Source: Vitrella brassicaformis CCMP3155 (Eukaryota > Protista > Chromerida). Taken from it: DNA of 63,754 nt. Positions 39,322-52,800 of this stretch are shown in pieces; the first letter of the stretch is position 1; each line of letters starts with the position of its first letter. The notes below the pieces were generated by a model that saw nothing but the letters and a program-made list of their open reading frames with translations, did not search any database and was not told the origin of the DNA. The translations under genes were made by a program, and so were the position numbers. The stretch spans positions 124,001 to 187,754 of the forward strand of contig CDMY01000305.1 of NCBI GenBank assembly GCA_001179505.1, in the 5' to 3' direction.

Positions 39322-41504
39322 ATGATGAATGGCACGACCGAGGACGCCTGCAACGGAGCTTCGGTGCCAGTGAAGAAGGAGAAGCAGCCGCAAGCCGCCC
39401 AGTCGCCGTCCCAGCGTCCAGCAGCCACAGGAGAGCAGTCCAAGGACACACAGCAAGGCGTGGACACGTCTTCCAACCAGAAGAACGGCGCCGGTCCCTC
39501 GGCAGCGGTGAGTAATGGCGCCTCGCAGCCCGGGGCGTCGTTCATGTCAGGTCTGGCGCAGCCGACCACCCACCAGTACCTCAGCATGATGCCCCCGCCG
39601 CCGCTCGCACCCCCCCTCCCATCCAACCTCTTCCCATCGGCCTATCTGGCAGCGAATGCGGCTGCTGCCGCGGCCGCTGCCGCTGCGGGTGGTGCTGGTG
39701 GGGGTGGGGAGGCGTCTCAGCGCAACTCGGTTGGGGAGGAGGCGATGAACGGCGGCGGGGGGGGCGAGGTGGCGCTGCCGGCGGTGTTCCGACCTAGGCT
39801 GTACATTCGCGATGCTGATAGCGGGGTGGAGGGGATTCAGTTTGACGAGAAGGAGCAGGCCTGGGTGAGTGAGCTTGTGCACAGTGCACAACACGACACA
39901 GCACATCACAACACGACACGAGCAAAGTCATCGTGTTTGTATGCATCTGTCTGTCATTCTCCCATCCGCCCACCCATCGCTCAGCGTGTGACGGTGCTGT
40001 TGGAGAACGGCGTGACTCAGTGCCACTACTTCCAGTGCAAGATGAACGGCGGCATCGAGGCGGCGCTCGAGCACGCCGCCTTCTGGAAGTACCAGCAGGA
40101 GATGGAGCGCAAGTACCAATTCCAGCAGCGGGGGGCCACCGGTGCTGGTGGTGGTGCGGGTGGTGGCGGTGGCGGCAGCAAGGCGCAGGAGAACGGAGAT
40201 AGCGCCGCGGCTGCACCTGACAGTACTTGCAAGTAGGCTGACATCATGACGGCAACGAGTGGAGGAGGGAAATGTGCTCACTTTCTCTCTCTCTCTCTCT
40301 CTCTCTCTGTGCGTGTGTGTGTGGTTTCTTGGTTCAGGGATGTCTACTGGGGCGACGCGAACCAAGGTGGTTCACTCACACAGAGCCAGCCAGAAGGACA
40401 CACCTCGGCCCACACAGCACAGCACACACAGTGTCGCCCGCCCCCTCCTTTCTATCTCCTCTCCTCGTGTGTTGTGTCTTGTGTGCTGTGTTGACTGATC
40501 AGCTGGCTGGCTGTTGGCCCATCCTGGTGCGGGCGGGCAACAGGCGGCAGTGACCACGGGCAGTTCGGCAAACAAGCAGACGGCCCACCTGGCGTTCCCC
40601 TTCCCCGAGCAGGATCCGGCCTACCCCTTCCTGCCGTCCATACCCATCCCACCACCACTCCTCGGCGGTGGCCCCGGTGGTGCTGCTGCTGGTGGTGACC
40701 GGGGCCGCCGCAAGCGCACCAAGCACCAGCGTGGCGACGGGCTGGACAGCGATGGGGGCGGGGGCGGGGAGTCGGGCCAGAAGAAGACCAGCAGTAGCGG
40801 TGGGAGGAAGAAGGTGTATAGCGATCAGTACCCTGACGGGCCGCCTGCTAATTGCGAGCCAAACAAGTGAGGGAGATGCAGGGAGGGAGGGAGGGAGGGA
40901 GGGAGGTCGCTGAGGCGTGTGTGTGCATGGCTTGGTGTCTTGTGTGTGCACTGCTGCAGGGGCATCCACTGGCGTCCTGACCGTTGCGGTGAGACAGACA
41001 GACAGACCACTGCCAACCAACCAGCAAGGACGCACACCGATGGCTGGATGCGCTAAGTCACTCCCCAACATGTGTTTCCTCTCCTCTCCTCTCTCAGCGT
41101 GGGTAGTGTCGTTCTACGAGCCGCTGTCTGCGTCGGCCCCTGAGGGCACCAAGCCGGCCCGTCGCAAGCGTCTGTTCCCGGCTCGCTTCCCCACGACGGC
41201 CGAGCAGGCCCTCGCGGAGGCCAAGGCGTTCCAGCGGCAGCTCAATTCCGGCGCGTCCATGCCGCCCCCCCGCCGCAAGAGGGGCCGCACCAAGTCAAAC
41301 AAGACGGGCAACAACACCCAGCACCAGGTCGAGATGGGCGAGGAGGACATGTCGAGCGAGAATCTGGCCCACCACATGCTCATGAGCATGGCGGCCGTCA
41401 AGGAGGAGCAGGAGGTCGATCACCCGCTGCCGCACGTGCACGTCCAGATACTGCAGCCCCAGCCCGCTGCACCACAGCCAGGTTCTGAGAAGATGCACGA
41501 CTGA
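39322..41504 (+). CDS. ApiAP2 transcription factor (two clear AP2 domains and one degenerate)
   Basis: VEGIQFDEKEQAW|RVTV...HYFQCKMNGGIEAALEHAAFWK and K|GIHWRPDRC|AWVVSFYE...RLFPARF...EQALAEAKAFQRQL. Confidence 0.85.
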
Positions 41505-41581
41505 CTGACCGACCGAGTGACTTACCTTACTGACGGCCGGACGGCCATGGGTGTACCGATAAGTGAGCTGAGTGAGCGGGT

Positions 41582-41881
41582 NNNNNNNNNNNNNNNNNNN
41601 NNNNNNNNNNNNNNNNNNNNNNNNNNNNNNNNNNNNNNNNNNNNNNNNNNNNNNNNNNNNNNNNNNNNNNNNNNNNNNNNNNNNNNNNNNNNNNNNNNNN
41701 NNNNNNNNNNNNNNNNNNNNNNNNNNNNNNNNNNNNNNNNNNNNNNNNNNNNNNNNNNNNNNNNNNNNNNNNNNNNNNNNNNNNNNNNNNNNNNNNNNNN
41801 NNNNNNNNNNNNNNNNNNNNNNNNNNNNNNNNNNNNNNNNNNNNNNNNNNNNNNNNNNNNNNNNNNNNNNNNNNNNNNNNN
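41582..41881. other. Assembly gap (300 N), intergenic
   Basis: A run of N followed by poly-G. Confidence 1.
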
Positions 41882-41882
41882 G

Positions 41883-41916
<34 letters not shown>

Positions 41917-42494
41917 GTGGCCGGCCGATGGTCGGATGGATGGGTTGAGGGCGGTGTATGCTATGGCATACTGCTGGTCGGTGTAGTAGTAGTGTGGCAG
42001 GCACACCAGGGAGGGATTGACACCACAGACAGACAGACAGACAGACAGACAGAAGGACAGGTGTGTGTTCTGTGCGTGTGTGTATCTCTGCCTGCCTGCC
42101 TGCCATCATGCTTGTCATGTCATGTGTAACATTAATCATTGGTTTGCCTTATGGCCACGGCGCTAGCACGAGACCGAGACCTCAGGCTAGTCCAGCGAAC
42201 GCAATGACCGGCTTTGGGTTCCACAGTGACAGGTGGCATGCATGGCATGGCATGCAGCCTGCCTTGATTGAGCTACATGCATTGCACTGAGTGCAATGCC
42301 CGTGCATTCATTCATTCGCATGGGTTCCTTCACAAACGTCGCCCCACCCACACGCACACCCCAGCCAGCCAGCCCGACCAAAACACACAGACGGAGGCAT
42401 GACAGCAGCCGATCCCATCGCAGAAGGGCTCCACTGTGTGTGTGTGTGTGTGTGTGGCGCACCGATGGGTATCCAGATCGGTCTGTGTGTGTCA

Positions 42495-44203
42495 TTAGGG
42501 CGATGCACTGTCCTCACCGCCACCGCCTCCGTTGCCCTCCTCAGCTGCTGCATCCTCTCCTGTTAAAGACGCCCACACAGACACGCAGACTGCGAGTCGG
42601 TGTGCCTTCCCTCCTGCCGTGCTTTGTACCTCCGCTGCCCTCTCCCCCGTTGCCGTCGTCCATATCGTCGCCCTCATCGCCATTGCCGTCTGCACCACAC
42701 ACACAGACAAGGGAAGAAACGTCATCCATCCATCCATCCAGGTACACGCTGCACCATGTGTGTGTGTCCTTCCCTCTGTCTGTCCGTACCATCGTCCCCT
42801 CCCTGGTGTTGTGGCTGCTGCTGTGGCTGTAGCTGCTGTTGTGGCTGTACGTCAAAGACGAGTGGCGCCACCGCCGCCAGCGCCACGTGGGCCAGCTGTG
42901 TCGTCACCGGGAAGCGGTCCTTGAAGGGGGCGTCCTCCCCCACACCAGCCACAGCCGACTCGGTCGTGTGGACCACAATATGCACTGCAGACAAGACGAG
43001 AGAGACAAAGAGAGCACACTGATGACATGTGACTGACCAGCAGAGCTGCCTGTCTGTCATCCTGACCGTTGAAGGCCCCCAAATCCCAGATGTCGACACA
43101 GGCGACGAAGTGGTGGCTGTTGTTGGTCAGGACCAGCCATCGGTCGCCAATGCGGCGGAATGTCGTGGTGCATCCCGCCACCGGTGTGTGGGGCGACTGG
43201 GTTAGGAGGTCCTGCAGACGGCTGCCACCAACATACCTGAACGAACCACACCCACACAGACAATCAAACACGCAGCCCTCTCGCCACTGCCGCCATTGGT
43301 GTGTCACCTGTTGAGTGCAGTCGATAGGCGGCTGGTCTGCTCAGTGTTGATGAAGTGGTTGAGAATCATGGCCTTGGCATACGATGACACCGACGCCCAG
43401 GTGGTGGTCGAGAGGCTCGACACCCATTGGTTGGTGTCATCCTCGTAGCAGATACTGCGGCTTTGTACTGGCGGGTCGTGTGGCTGTCTGTGCTGCTGAT
43501 ACAGGTGCTTGGCAGGGAAGGGCGGGTTAATGGCCAGCCGAAAGCCGGGCTCGTCCTTGATGGCCCGCACCTCGTCGCCACGGCGGAACAGCTGCAGGCG
43601 GCTGCCGTCACCGAACTGCACGTGGCGGCCGACCACCATGAGCTGCGCCAACACACGAGCTACCGAACTATACGCCTAGACGACACCACACACACACAGA
43701 CAGACAGAGAGAGGAAATGAGTGATTCCTCTCTGTTGGTTCTCTCTCGACCCCCCATGTCTGTGTGTGTCTTACCGTCTTGCTGACGTGTGTGCGAATGT
43801 CATCTGCCGTGAGGTTGACGGGCAGAGTGCAGTTGCCACACTGGCTGGCCCACTGCAGCACCTCAGCCACCTCGTCCCACCTCTGCTCCTCCACCATCCA
43901 GATGGCCGCCAGCAGCAGCTGCGCCCCGACCACCGTCTGTGTGTCGAAGGCCAGCACGGCAGCCAATCTGGTGCCGTCGGCGAGGCGAATGCGATTCAGC
44001 GAGCGGTCGAGGCGGCCGCGGAGGGCTTGGGCAGGGAAGTGGTCGTTGCCGAAGAAGCGGGGAGCATTCCTCATGCTGCCGAGGTCCTTGACGTCCTCGT
44101 GAAGTTCGTCCCTGCCATCGCGATGGATGAAGTCGAGCACTTGGCCGTTGATGGCGGGCGAGGCCTCATCGTTGCTCTTGACGGTGCCCGCCGCCGCACC
44201 CAT
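42495..44203 (-). CDS. Multi-exon hypothetical protein, probably a lineage-specific family
   Basis: Coding-like exons in ORFs 43676..44236, 43304..43654, 42852..43307 and 42722..43099 are joined by GT-AG introns. An acidic G/D-rich tail ends EDSASP*. No known domain was recognised. Confidence 0.7.
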
Positions 44204-44595
44204 TGCACTCACAGAGGAGCGCCGGCCATATACCAATAACGGCTAGTTGTCAGGCTCCACTCGTAGATCAGGTATCTGGTCGCCTTTCATTTCAGCGCCG
44301 CCCGTCGCGCCTTCATTTCGGCGACTGCAGCGGCCGAAGGAGCCCTATCGCAACCCCCCCTGAAACGGGACTCATCGTGATTGAAACCGCTGTAAGGCAA
44401 GAGAAGCAGATGCAGGTGCCCTGATTCTGTCAGTCAGATCTTTCTCCGCGAGTGCCTTTCTTTGGCAGATCACAAGAGAGAGAGAGAGAGAGTTGTGTGT
44501 CTATCAGTGTCTGTCTATCGTGACACTCCTGCTGTCTGCCTCTCGAGGATCTGATCTACCCGCAGCGCAGCGCACCCACGAACTAACAAGCCAAG

Positions 44596-46185
44596 ATGGG
44601 AGCCACCCCATTTGTGCAGGTCTGCGTCCACTCCGGCAGACAGATGTACAACACAGGTAAGTACGTCCCTGCAGCGCGGCCCTTTCTATTGAGTCATTGA
44701 CCTCCTCCTCAGCCACAATAATGGTCTGTCTGTCTGTCTGTCTGTCTGTCTGTGTGTCCCCTGCCTGCCTGGCTGGCAGAGACCTTCGGCAAGATGGATC
44801 CCTACGTCAAGATCAAGGTCGGCAACAGCGTGGCCAAGACGCCCACCAAGACCAACGCGGGCAGTGAGGCCACGTGGGAGATGAGGTGCCAGATGCCTTA
44901 CCACGGGGAGCCAACCATGACGTTCGAGGTGTGGGACGAGGACAAGTGGAGCAAGCACGACCTCTCGGGCGTTGCAGAGGTCAATCTCAATGCCATCATA
45001 CAGGTCAGGTGAACGTCGCGGCTGGAGATGAGAGCGGATGATGTGATTGATGCTCGTCTGGGCAGCTGGGCTCACACGCTGGTGTGTTGTGTTGTTGCCT
45101 TGTGGGTGCTGCAGCACCCGACCCGATGCTACTCAGGGGATCTGCAGCTGACGCACAAGGGCAAGAAGTTCGGCGGCCACCTGAAGGTGACCATCAGGTT
45201 CTTGGGGGGAGACCTTCAACACACCACCCACCACCAGCAGCAGCAGCAGCAGCCGGCACCAGCGGCAGCGACCGTCGTCCATGTGACACAGCAGCAGACA
45301 CCCGCCCCTGCCCCGGTTCCGTCTGCACCTCCTGCATATGACGATGAGCCGCCCGCAAGCAGCGGAGGTCAGTGTCCGCTTCGTCCGTGCGGTGTGATGT
45401 GATGTGATGGGATGTGATGCGATGACTGTTGTGTTATTGGCTGTGCAGGCCCGAGCACAGGCATGTCAGGCGGACAGCAGCCCCCTGGTGGCCTCTACCC
45501 TTCGATCAACGCGCCCTCCGCCCCACCGCTGTACGATCCCTCTGCGCCGCCCCCTGCCCCTGCTCCTGCAGCCCCGACCCCTCCCTCTAACTACCCCTCA
45601 TATCCACAGCAGCACCAGCAGCAACAGGCCAGACCTGGCCCTACTTATATGGACATGCTGGGCGGAGGAGGGGGCGGCCATGGCCATGGTCAGCAGCAGC
45701 AGCCCTATAACGCCCCCTATGGACACCAACAGCAGCAGCAGCAGTATAGCTACAGCCACCAACACCAGCAGCAGCACTATCAGCATCACGGTGTGGGGAT
45801 GGGTATGGGTATGGGTGGGGTCGGCGGCCTCACTGCAGGAATGGCCGGCCAGCAGCTCTTCCACAACGCCATGAACATGGGCGGTAAGCCAGCCATCCAG
45901 CCTCTCCCCTCCCCTCCCCTCCCCTCCCACACACATCATGATGAATGGAATCCAATCCACACACACGGACGTTCATATCTTCTTGCAGCCGGCCACAATC
46001 AGACCCACAAGAAGAAGAAAAAACACAAGAAGGAGAAGAAATTCGGTCTCGGCGGGATGGGGATGGGGGGCGGTCTCGCTGCCGGGGGCCTGGCAGGCCT
46101 GGCCTTGGGAGCGGCGCTGGGCGGTCTGGGCAGCAGGAGCAGCAGCTGGTCGAGCTTTGGCAGCTGGGGCAGCTGGAGCTCCTGA
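44596..46185 (+). CDS. C2-domain protein with a P/Q/G-rich C-terminal tail
   Basis: MGATPFVQVCVHSGRQMYNT|ETFGKMDPYVKIKVG...WE...TFEVWDEDKWSKHDLSGVAEVNL. The C2 Ca-ligand Asp pattern DPY...WDED..SKHD is present. Confidence 0.88.
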
Positions 46186-46725
46186 CTGACCGATCGGTCG
46201 GCCGGGTGCCGGGTGCTCTAGCTAGCGTGTGTAAGGTAAGGCGGTGTGGTGTGATGTGATGTGTTCTTTGCTTAATGCAAGCGGTCGGGACGTGGTGCTG
46301 TTTTGGTGAATCAATCGGTGTGAAGGGTGCCGGATGTGTCCGTCTGTGGTCGGGGGGCTGCGCTATGGTGGAGTGTGGGTGTTGTGGTGTACCCTGTGCG
46401 TGTTTTGACGCTTTCTGATTGATGTGATGATGTGCACAGTACCGTGCACCGACTTCTTTCAGGACGTGGCCGTCCACCGCATGCGTGTGGATGATTTGAT
46501 TCAAAATTGGACCATTTACACAAGACAGGTACTGCAGACAGACACCACGACACGGCATGGCATGAACGAAGAGAAATGCAGTGAACTGTCAGCCAATTAC
46601 ATGAAAATTCGGCACACACTCACACACACGCTCACACACACGGGAGAACACGAGAGAGAGAGAGAGAGAGAGAGAGGAGGGGAAAGGTGAAGGCATCAGT
46701 CATGATGTGTTTCATTTCATGTCTG

Positions 46726-48698
46726 TCATATGACGCTCCGGACAAAGGAGATAATGAAGGCGGAGACGGATATCGACACAGACGACAACCCCAACACTGA
46801 CACAACCACAGGACACTCTCTCTCTCCCTGTGTGTGTGTGTGTGGTTGTCTCCCCCCCACCTGCGACGTATCCGGCATACTCGTAGCTCTTAGGCTGGTC
46901 CATATGGTAGATGACGATGCCGTGGCGGCCGATGAGCTGCAGGGCCAGCCCCTCAATCAGCGGACCGATGGCGCTCCCGACGAAGGCGCTCACACCCCAT
47001 ATACCTGACAGACACACACACACAGAGACACAGACAGAGAGGGCTGGGGTGGGCTGTGTCTCCCTCCCTCCCTCCCTCCCTCTGTGTGTGTGTGTATGTG
47101 TATGTGTGTGTGTCCGTGAGTGTGTGTGCATGGGCAGCCAGCCAGCCGACCGAGGTCTTTTGCGGCGGTTCTTCTGTCGGGGAGGCAGTCGAGAGCGAGT
47201 GCCAGGTCGACGGACAGGTACGCGCCGTTGCCGATGCCGTAGATGACGGCACAGAAGTATATGCAGGACACGTAGGACGTGTAGTCGCTGATAATCTGGG
47301 CGGTGGCACACAAACATGGATGGCATGGCATGGCCAATTTGTCTTTTGTGTGTGTAGGGGTGTGTGTGTGTGTGTGAGTGGGGTGGTAGGCCGACCCATG
47401 GCAGGACGAGGAACATGATCCATGTGAATGACATGAAGAGGCAGGCGAAGTAGACCAGGATCTTGCGGCCCCAGTGCTCGCTCAGGTAACCCGCGGGAAA
47501 GGCCACCGCTGCCGCCGCCAACTGCACACCACACACACACACCCCAGGATCCGTCCATGCATCTCAGGACACATCCTGGTGTGTTGTTCTCTCTCTCTCT
47601 CCCCCTCTCTCTCTGCGTGTGTGTGTGTGCCTGTCCGAGCAGGGCGATGACTGATATCTGGAACTTGCGCGCCGCCTCGTCGGTCGTCCCCACCATGTCC
47701 CGCAGGTAATACAATATGAAGCTCTGCCCACTCGTGGCCAGGTAATATAGCGTCCTGCGCCACAACAGATAGCACCACAGCACACACCGGCACGGCACAG
47801 CAGCACCTTTTCCCATGTCTGTGTCTGTCTCCCGGCCTCCCTCACCTGGCCACGAAGATCCAGAAGAAATCGGGGTTTTTCCTCCTGTCGATGGTGAAGG
47901 AGCGGAGCAGGTCTCTGATGGAGAGCTTCTCCGGCAGCAGCAACGGCCCCTTGGGCCACCCGTCGCTGTATTCCTCGACGGCGGTGAAGCAGACGAGCAT
48001 GACCGAGACGAAGATGAGCAGGCTGTAGACGAAGTAGAGGAGGTGGAAGTCGAGGTCCTTCGTGTAGGCCACGAACACAAACCCTTCACGCCAACCGCAC
48101 ACACACATGGATGGATGGATGGATGCCTCTCTTTGTGTGCCGTCTTGCCGACAGACAGACAGACAGACAGAGAGGGATGCCCACCGAGCGTTGAGCCGAG
48201 CAGCAGGTGCACGGCGACGACCCCTGATGCGGTCCCCTGGCTGGCGTGGTCCTTGAGCTGGTCCGGGATGAGGCCCGTCTGTGCACTGTAGATGACGTTG
48301 AGGCTGCACGACATGATGGCCAGGAGCATCATCCACAAGGGCCGCGTCAGCAGCAGGCTCGCGAACCACATGCCGAAGAAACCCAACACCGACATTATTC
48401 CCCCTGCACCCATCCGCACACACACATGGGGCTGAGGGCAATCCAGCCATCGCTCCATCCGATGCGATGCGATGCATGCCTGCGAAGATGAAGGGTTTCC
48501 GCTTGCCATACGGCGAGGAGTAGTTGTCCGACACGACGCCTACGACCGGACAGATGAGCTGTGTGAGCCCGATGAGGCCGAGGGAGAGGCCCAGCATGAG
48601 GCTCTCGTGGTTGGGCCACAGCCGCAGCGCCTCCGACGGCAGAATGTACAGCCCCATTGTGGCGTAGATCAAGCCATCTGCAGATAAGGCATCTCTCC

Positions 48699-48731
<33 letters not shown>

Positions 48732-49360
48732 GGTGTGCGCGTGTGTGTCTGTGTGTGGAGGAATACATGGGAAGTTGAAGCACGTGAGCCAAACGATAGG
48801 TCCTAGCCCGTGCACCGGGCCGAGAGTGAACTCCTGGCTGCCCCGCACGCTGCCCTTCGCAGAAGGAGACGACACCGACACTGGTGGACCAACAAACACA
48901 TACACACACACACACACACACAGACAACTCCGCCCATCACCCTCCACAATGTTTGTGTCCTTTCCATATGCCCACCAGGCATACCGATGAGCGGCGATGT
49001 TTCCGTCGGCCCCCCCTCCCACCGAGACCCCGATCGCATCCCCAACCCGGCCTTACTCCCCGCCCCAGCCTCCGCCCCGTCCAGCAACACTTCACTCGCT
49101 CCAGTCACCCCCACACCCTCCTCACCACGGTAAGAAGACCCCGCGCGGCTCACAATGGGGCTGCGGAATGTCGACTGCCGGCGGCTGGATGGGCCGAGGT
49201 TGGTGTCACGTCCCCGGCGCCAGATGAGCTGGGCCGCCCCGACGATGGGCGATGGGGTGGTCGGCTGCTGTGTGACGGGTGGGCGAGGGGGGTGGTGGGG
49301 GGGACGAGTGCTGCCTGTGGTGCCTGTGGGGGACTGCTGCTGCTGCTGCTGCTGGTGCAT
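46726..49360 (-). CDS. MFS transporter, sucrose/GPH (SLC45/SUT-like)
   Basis: PVVGVVSDNYSSPYGKRKPFIFAG, GLIPDQL and AGYLSEHWGRKILV, with many hydrophobic helices across exons and a poly-Q/S-rich N-terminus. Confidence 0.85.
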
Positions 49361-49810
49361 GGGCAGAATCGGCAGATCTGGTCAGCACGGCACGGCGACC
49401 GCCAGATGCGATGAGGGCCTTCGATTGACAATGGTGCTGTAGAATGTGATGACTATGGTACGTAGAGGAATGGCCTTGGCGCGAAGGGGCTGACTCTGCA
49501 GACAGAGAGGAGAGAAACAAGAGGGACCAATAAATATCCATCCATCTCCAAGCCATCTCCAAGTGGGGAAGGGCTTACATCATTTTCTGTGCCGCATCGG
49601 TGGTGACCTTTGACAGCAGCCTTCGATGGGGCGAATTTACAAGAAAGCCAGCGCGAGCAGATGCTCTAGCACAGGCTTTTCATAGCTGTTGCGATGCGGT
49701 TCTGCTCGGACACGTCATTGGCCGTCACGTTGCGTGTGCTCCAGCACAGCTTGCAGAAGCTCAATTTGCTGAAGATGTGAAGTCTTGGAGTCATTTGAAA
49801 AATCCTGACT

Positions 49811-52800
49811 ATGTTTTTCCCTCCCACCAGCGGCACCCGGCTTCCCCCGGTCTCTTCCACAGCGCCGCCAACTGCAGCTGCTCCAATGGCAGCTGCTCAC
49901 ACAGCAGGCGGCCCTGGAGGACCTCAGCCGCCTCAACCTTTCCCCTTCCCGCCCACGGCATCGCCCTCCCCATCCACACCGCTGCGCGTGCCGCTGCTCG
50001 GAGCTCATCATGGCCATCAAACAGCCCCTGCAGACCCACAGGTGGCCAGACGGGTGCCGGCGTCGAGGCTGATTCCACTCAGTGCGCCGTATCTGCAGCA
50101 CCACCAGCAGCAGGTGGCTGTGGTTGCTGCTGCTCATCATCGCAACGCTGCTGCTGCTGCTGCCGCAGGGCGGATAGGGCACTATGCGGCTGCCCACCCC
50201 GGGCCGCCTGGGCCGCCAGGGGCGGTGCCTGCGTTTGGGTATCGCGGCCCTCCACACCCCCTTGCGCACTTCCCTGGCGGGGGTGCGGTGTTGGCTCCGT
50301 TGCCACATAGTCATCATGTGTATCGTGGCGAGCCTGGATCGAGGAGCATCAGCCGGCCGAGGACGCCCCCGGCTAGTGCGCCCGAGTGGGCGCCTGTGCG
50401 CGTGGACGATGTGAGTTGCAGGGAAGGATGGGGAGGGCTGCAGAGATTGTGTGTGTGTGTGTGTGTGTGTTGCAGTTGTACTATTGTGACGATCCTCACA
50501 AGCAGTCTCACTACTTGAGCTGTCTGTCGGTGAGCAGCTGTGCCACACGGGAAGGAAAAGACCCACAAGCACGACGGCCGGGCATGGATGACTTTGTTTC
50601 TCTCTTTCCCTCCCTCCCTCCCTCCCTCCCTCCCTCTCCCTCCCTCTCGCACGCTCTCTCTCTCTCTCTTTCTCTAGGTGCCGATAGAGTTGACGGACTA
50701 CGACCTGGCCACCAACCCCTACGCAGCCGTGTTGGGGGTGCGTTCAGACCAACCAACGTCACACATCAGCTTGCACAACGACACAGACACACATCCCATC
50801 CCCTGCTCCTTGCGTTTGTTTGTTCACGTCATCCAGGCGGGGGCGTATGCGCGAGTGATTCGCCTGCGGCATAGGACGACCAAGGAGACCGTAGCCCTCA
50901 AAATCGTAACGAATGATACACCCACCAGCCGGACACACGAGGAAGACCTAGAATCTTGCCAGCAACGGGAAGGGTGGCTTTGTGTGTGGGGCAGATGGAG
51001 ATCGAGCACTATGTGTGTCGGGGGCTGCGAGGGCAGCTCGACAGGGAGGTCCAGGTATGCAACACGACACCTACAGATGGAGGCACGGCACATGGGTGTA
51101 TGTGTGTATGTGTGTGTGTGTGTGTGTGTCTGTGAATCTGTCTGTCTGTGTGTCAGCTGCATCAGCGGTGTGACCATCGCAATGTGGTCCGGCAGCACCG
51201 CTGGTTCCACCACTGTGGACACATCTTCCTCGTGCTGGAATACGTACCCAATGTGCGTGAGCAAGATAAACAAACGGCCTGACCAACACACCACACCACA
51301 AACACACCTACCCACATCCACTCCTTTATTATATTCTTTGCAGACGCTCTACCGGCTTATCAAGACGCCCGAGAACATTCTGCAGAGGTGAGAAATTGAG
51401 AATCATACGTCCAGGTACCTGGCTTGTGTGTATCTATCTGTCTGTCTGTGTGCGGTGGGTTGATATGTGTCACCCATCGTGTGTGCGCTCTTAGGTTGGA
51501 GGAGCCGTTCGCCGTGTACATCTTCATGCAGCTGTGCGCAGCCCTCCACTACCTCCACACACACAATATCCTGCACAGAGATCTCAAGGCAGGAAACACA
51601 CACACACACACACACAAATGACACCCACGCCCATAGGCCCCTCTCTCTCTCTCTCTCTCTTTTTGCTGCATTGCATCGTTGAATACATGCAGCCGGAGAA
51701 CATCCTCGTCGACAACCAATACCACGTCAAGCTCGGCGACTTTGGCTGGAGCGCAGAGCTCAGACCCGACGAGTCGCGCCAGTCCATCTGCGGCACATTC
51801 ATCTACATGGTCACTGAGCAAAGACCCTCCCTCCCCACTCTCTCTCCTCTCCCCCCAACCGACCCCCACTGTCTCTGCGACACCTTTTGGTGAATTGAAT
51901 GCAGGCGCCCGAGGTGCTGCAGCGACAGTCGCAGGCGACGTGGATAGACATGTGGTCGTTGGGGTGCCTCCTGCACGAGATGGTCACGGGCAGCCCCCCC
52001 TTCCCGCCGCCGGCCTCCCAGACGGGCGACGAGCAGCAGGCCCACGCACCGCCAGACCCGAACCAGCAGCTGAGGGCTATGATGGCCAACATACGGGACT
52101 CCACACACATGAAGTACGTTGAGTTGACAGATGTTGACAGATGGGTGGGGAAAACCGCAGGGAGGGCATTCTTGATGTGTGTGTGTGTGCTGTGTGGTGG
52201 TGTAGGTGTCCTGATGGGATGTCTTCGCAGTGTTGGGACATCGTGCGTAGGCTGCTCAAGGTGGACCCCAAGCGGCGCATGTCGCCCGCAGAGGTATGGG
52301 ACCCACACACGTGTGTGTCCATCCATCCATCCATCCATCTGTGTGTGTGTGTTGGACCGATTGATGTGTGCAGGCTGTGAGGCATTCTTGGTGCGAGCAG
52401 TACCATGAGCAGTGGCGGGAATACGACCCAGAACTCTTCCAAGACCGTAAGCAGCACACACATAGTACACCTATGGCCTGCCTTGTTCCATCGTCTGTCT
52501 CCTGTCGTCCATCAGCTGTGTTCACGGTGGATAGTGAAGGTGACGACAAGCCGCCCCTCTTCTCAGGCGACTCCCCTCTGCCCCCGCTCAACCTCTCTCT
52601 GGCCCTTTCTCTGCCCGCCGAGCCACACCCCGACCGACCCCCTCAGCCGATGGACATCGACATGGACCAGAGTGGGGAGGGGGAGGAGGAGGAGACACCA
52701 CCCGTACCAACACCCACATCGCCGACACACCCACATGCAGATGCGGATGACCGCCCCCTCCCCCTCCCCGTCCGCAGCCAATCGCTGTCCCTGGTCAACA

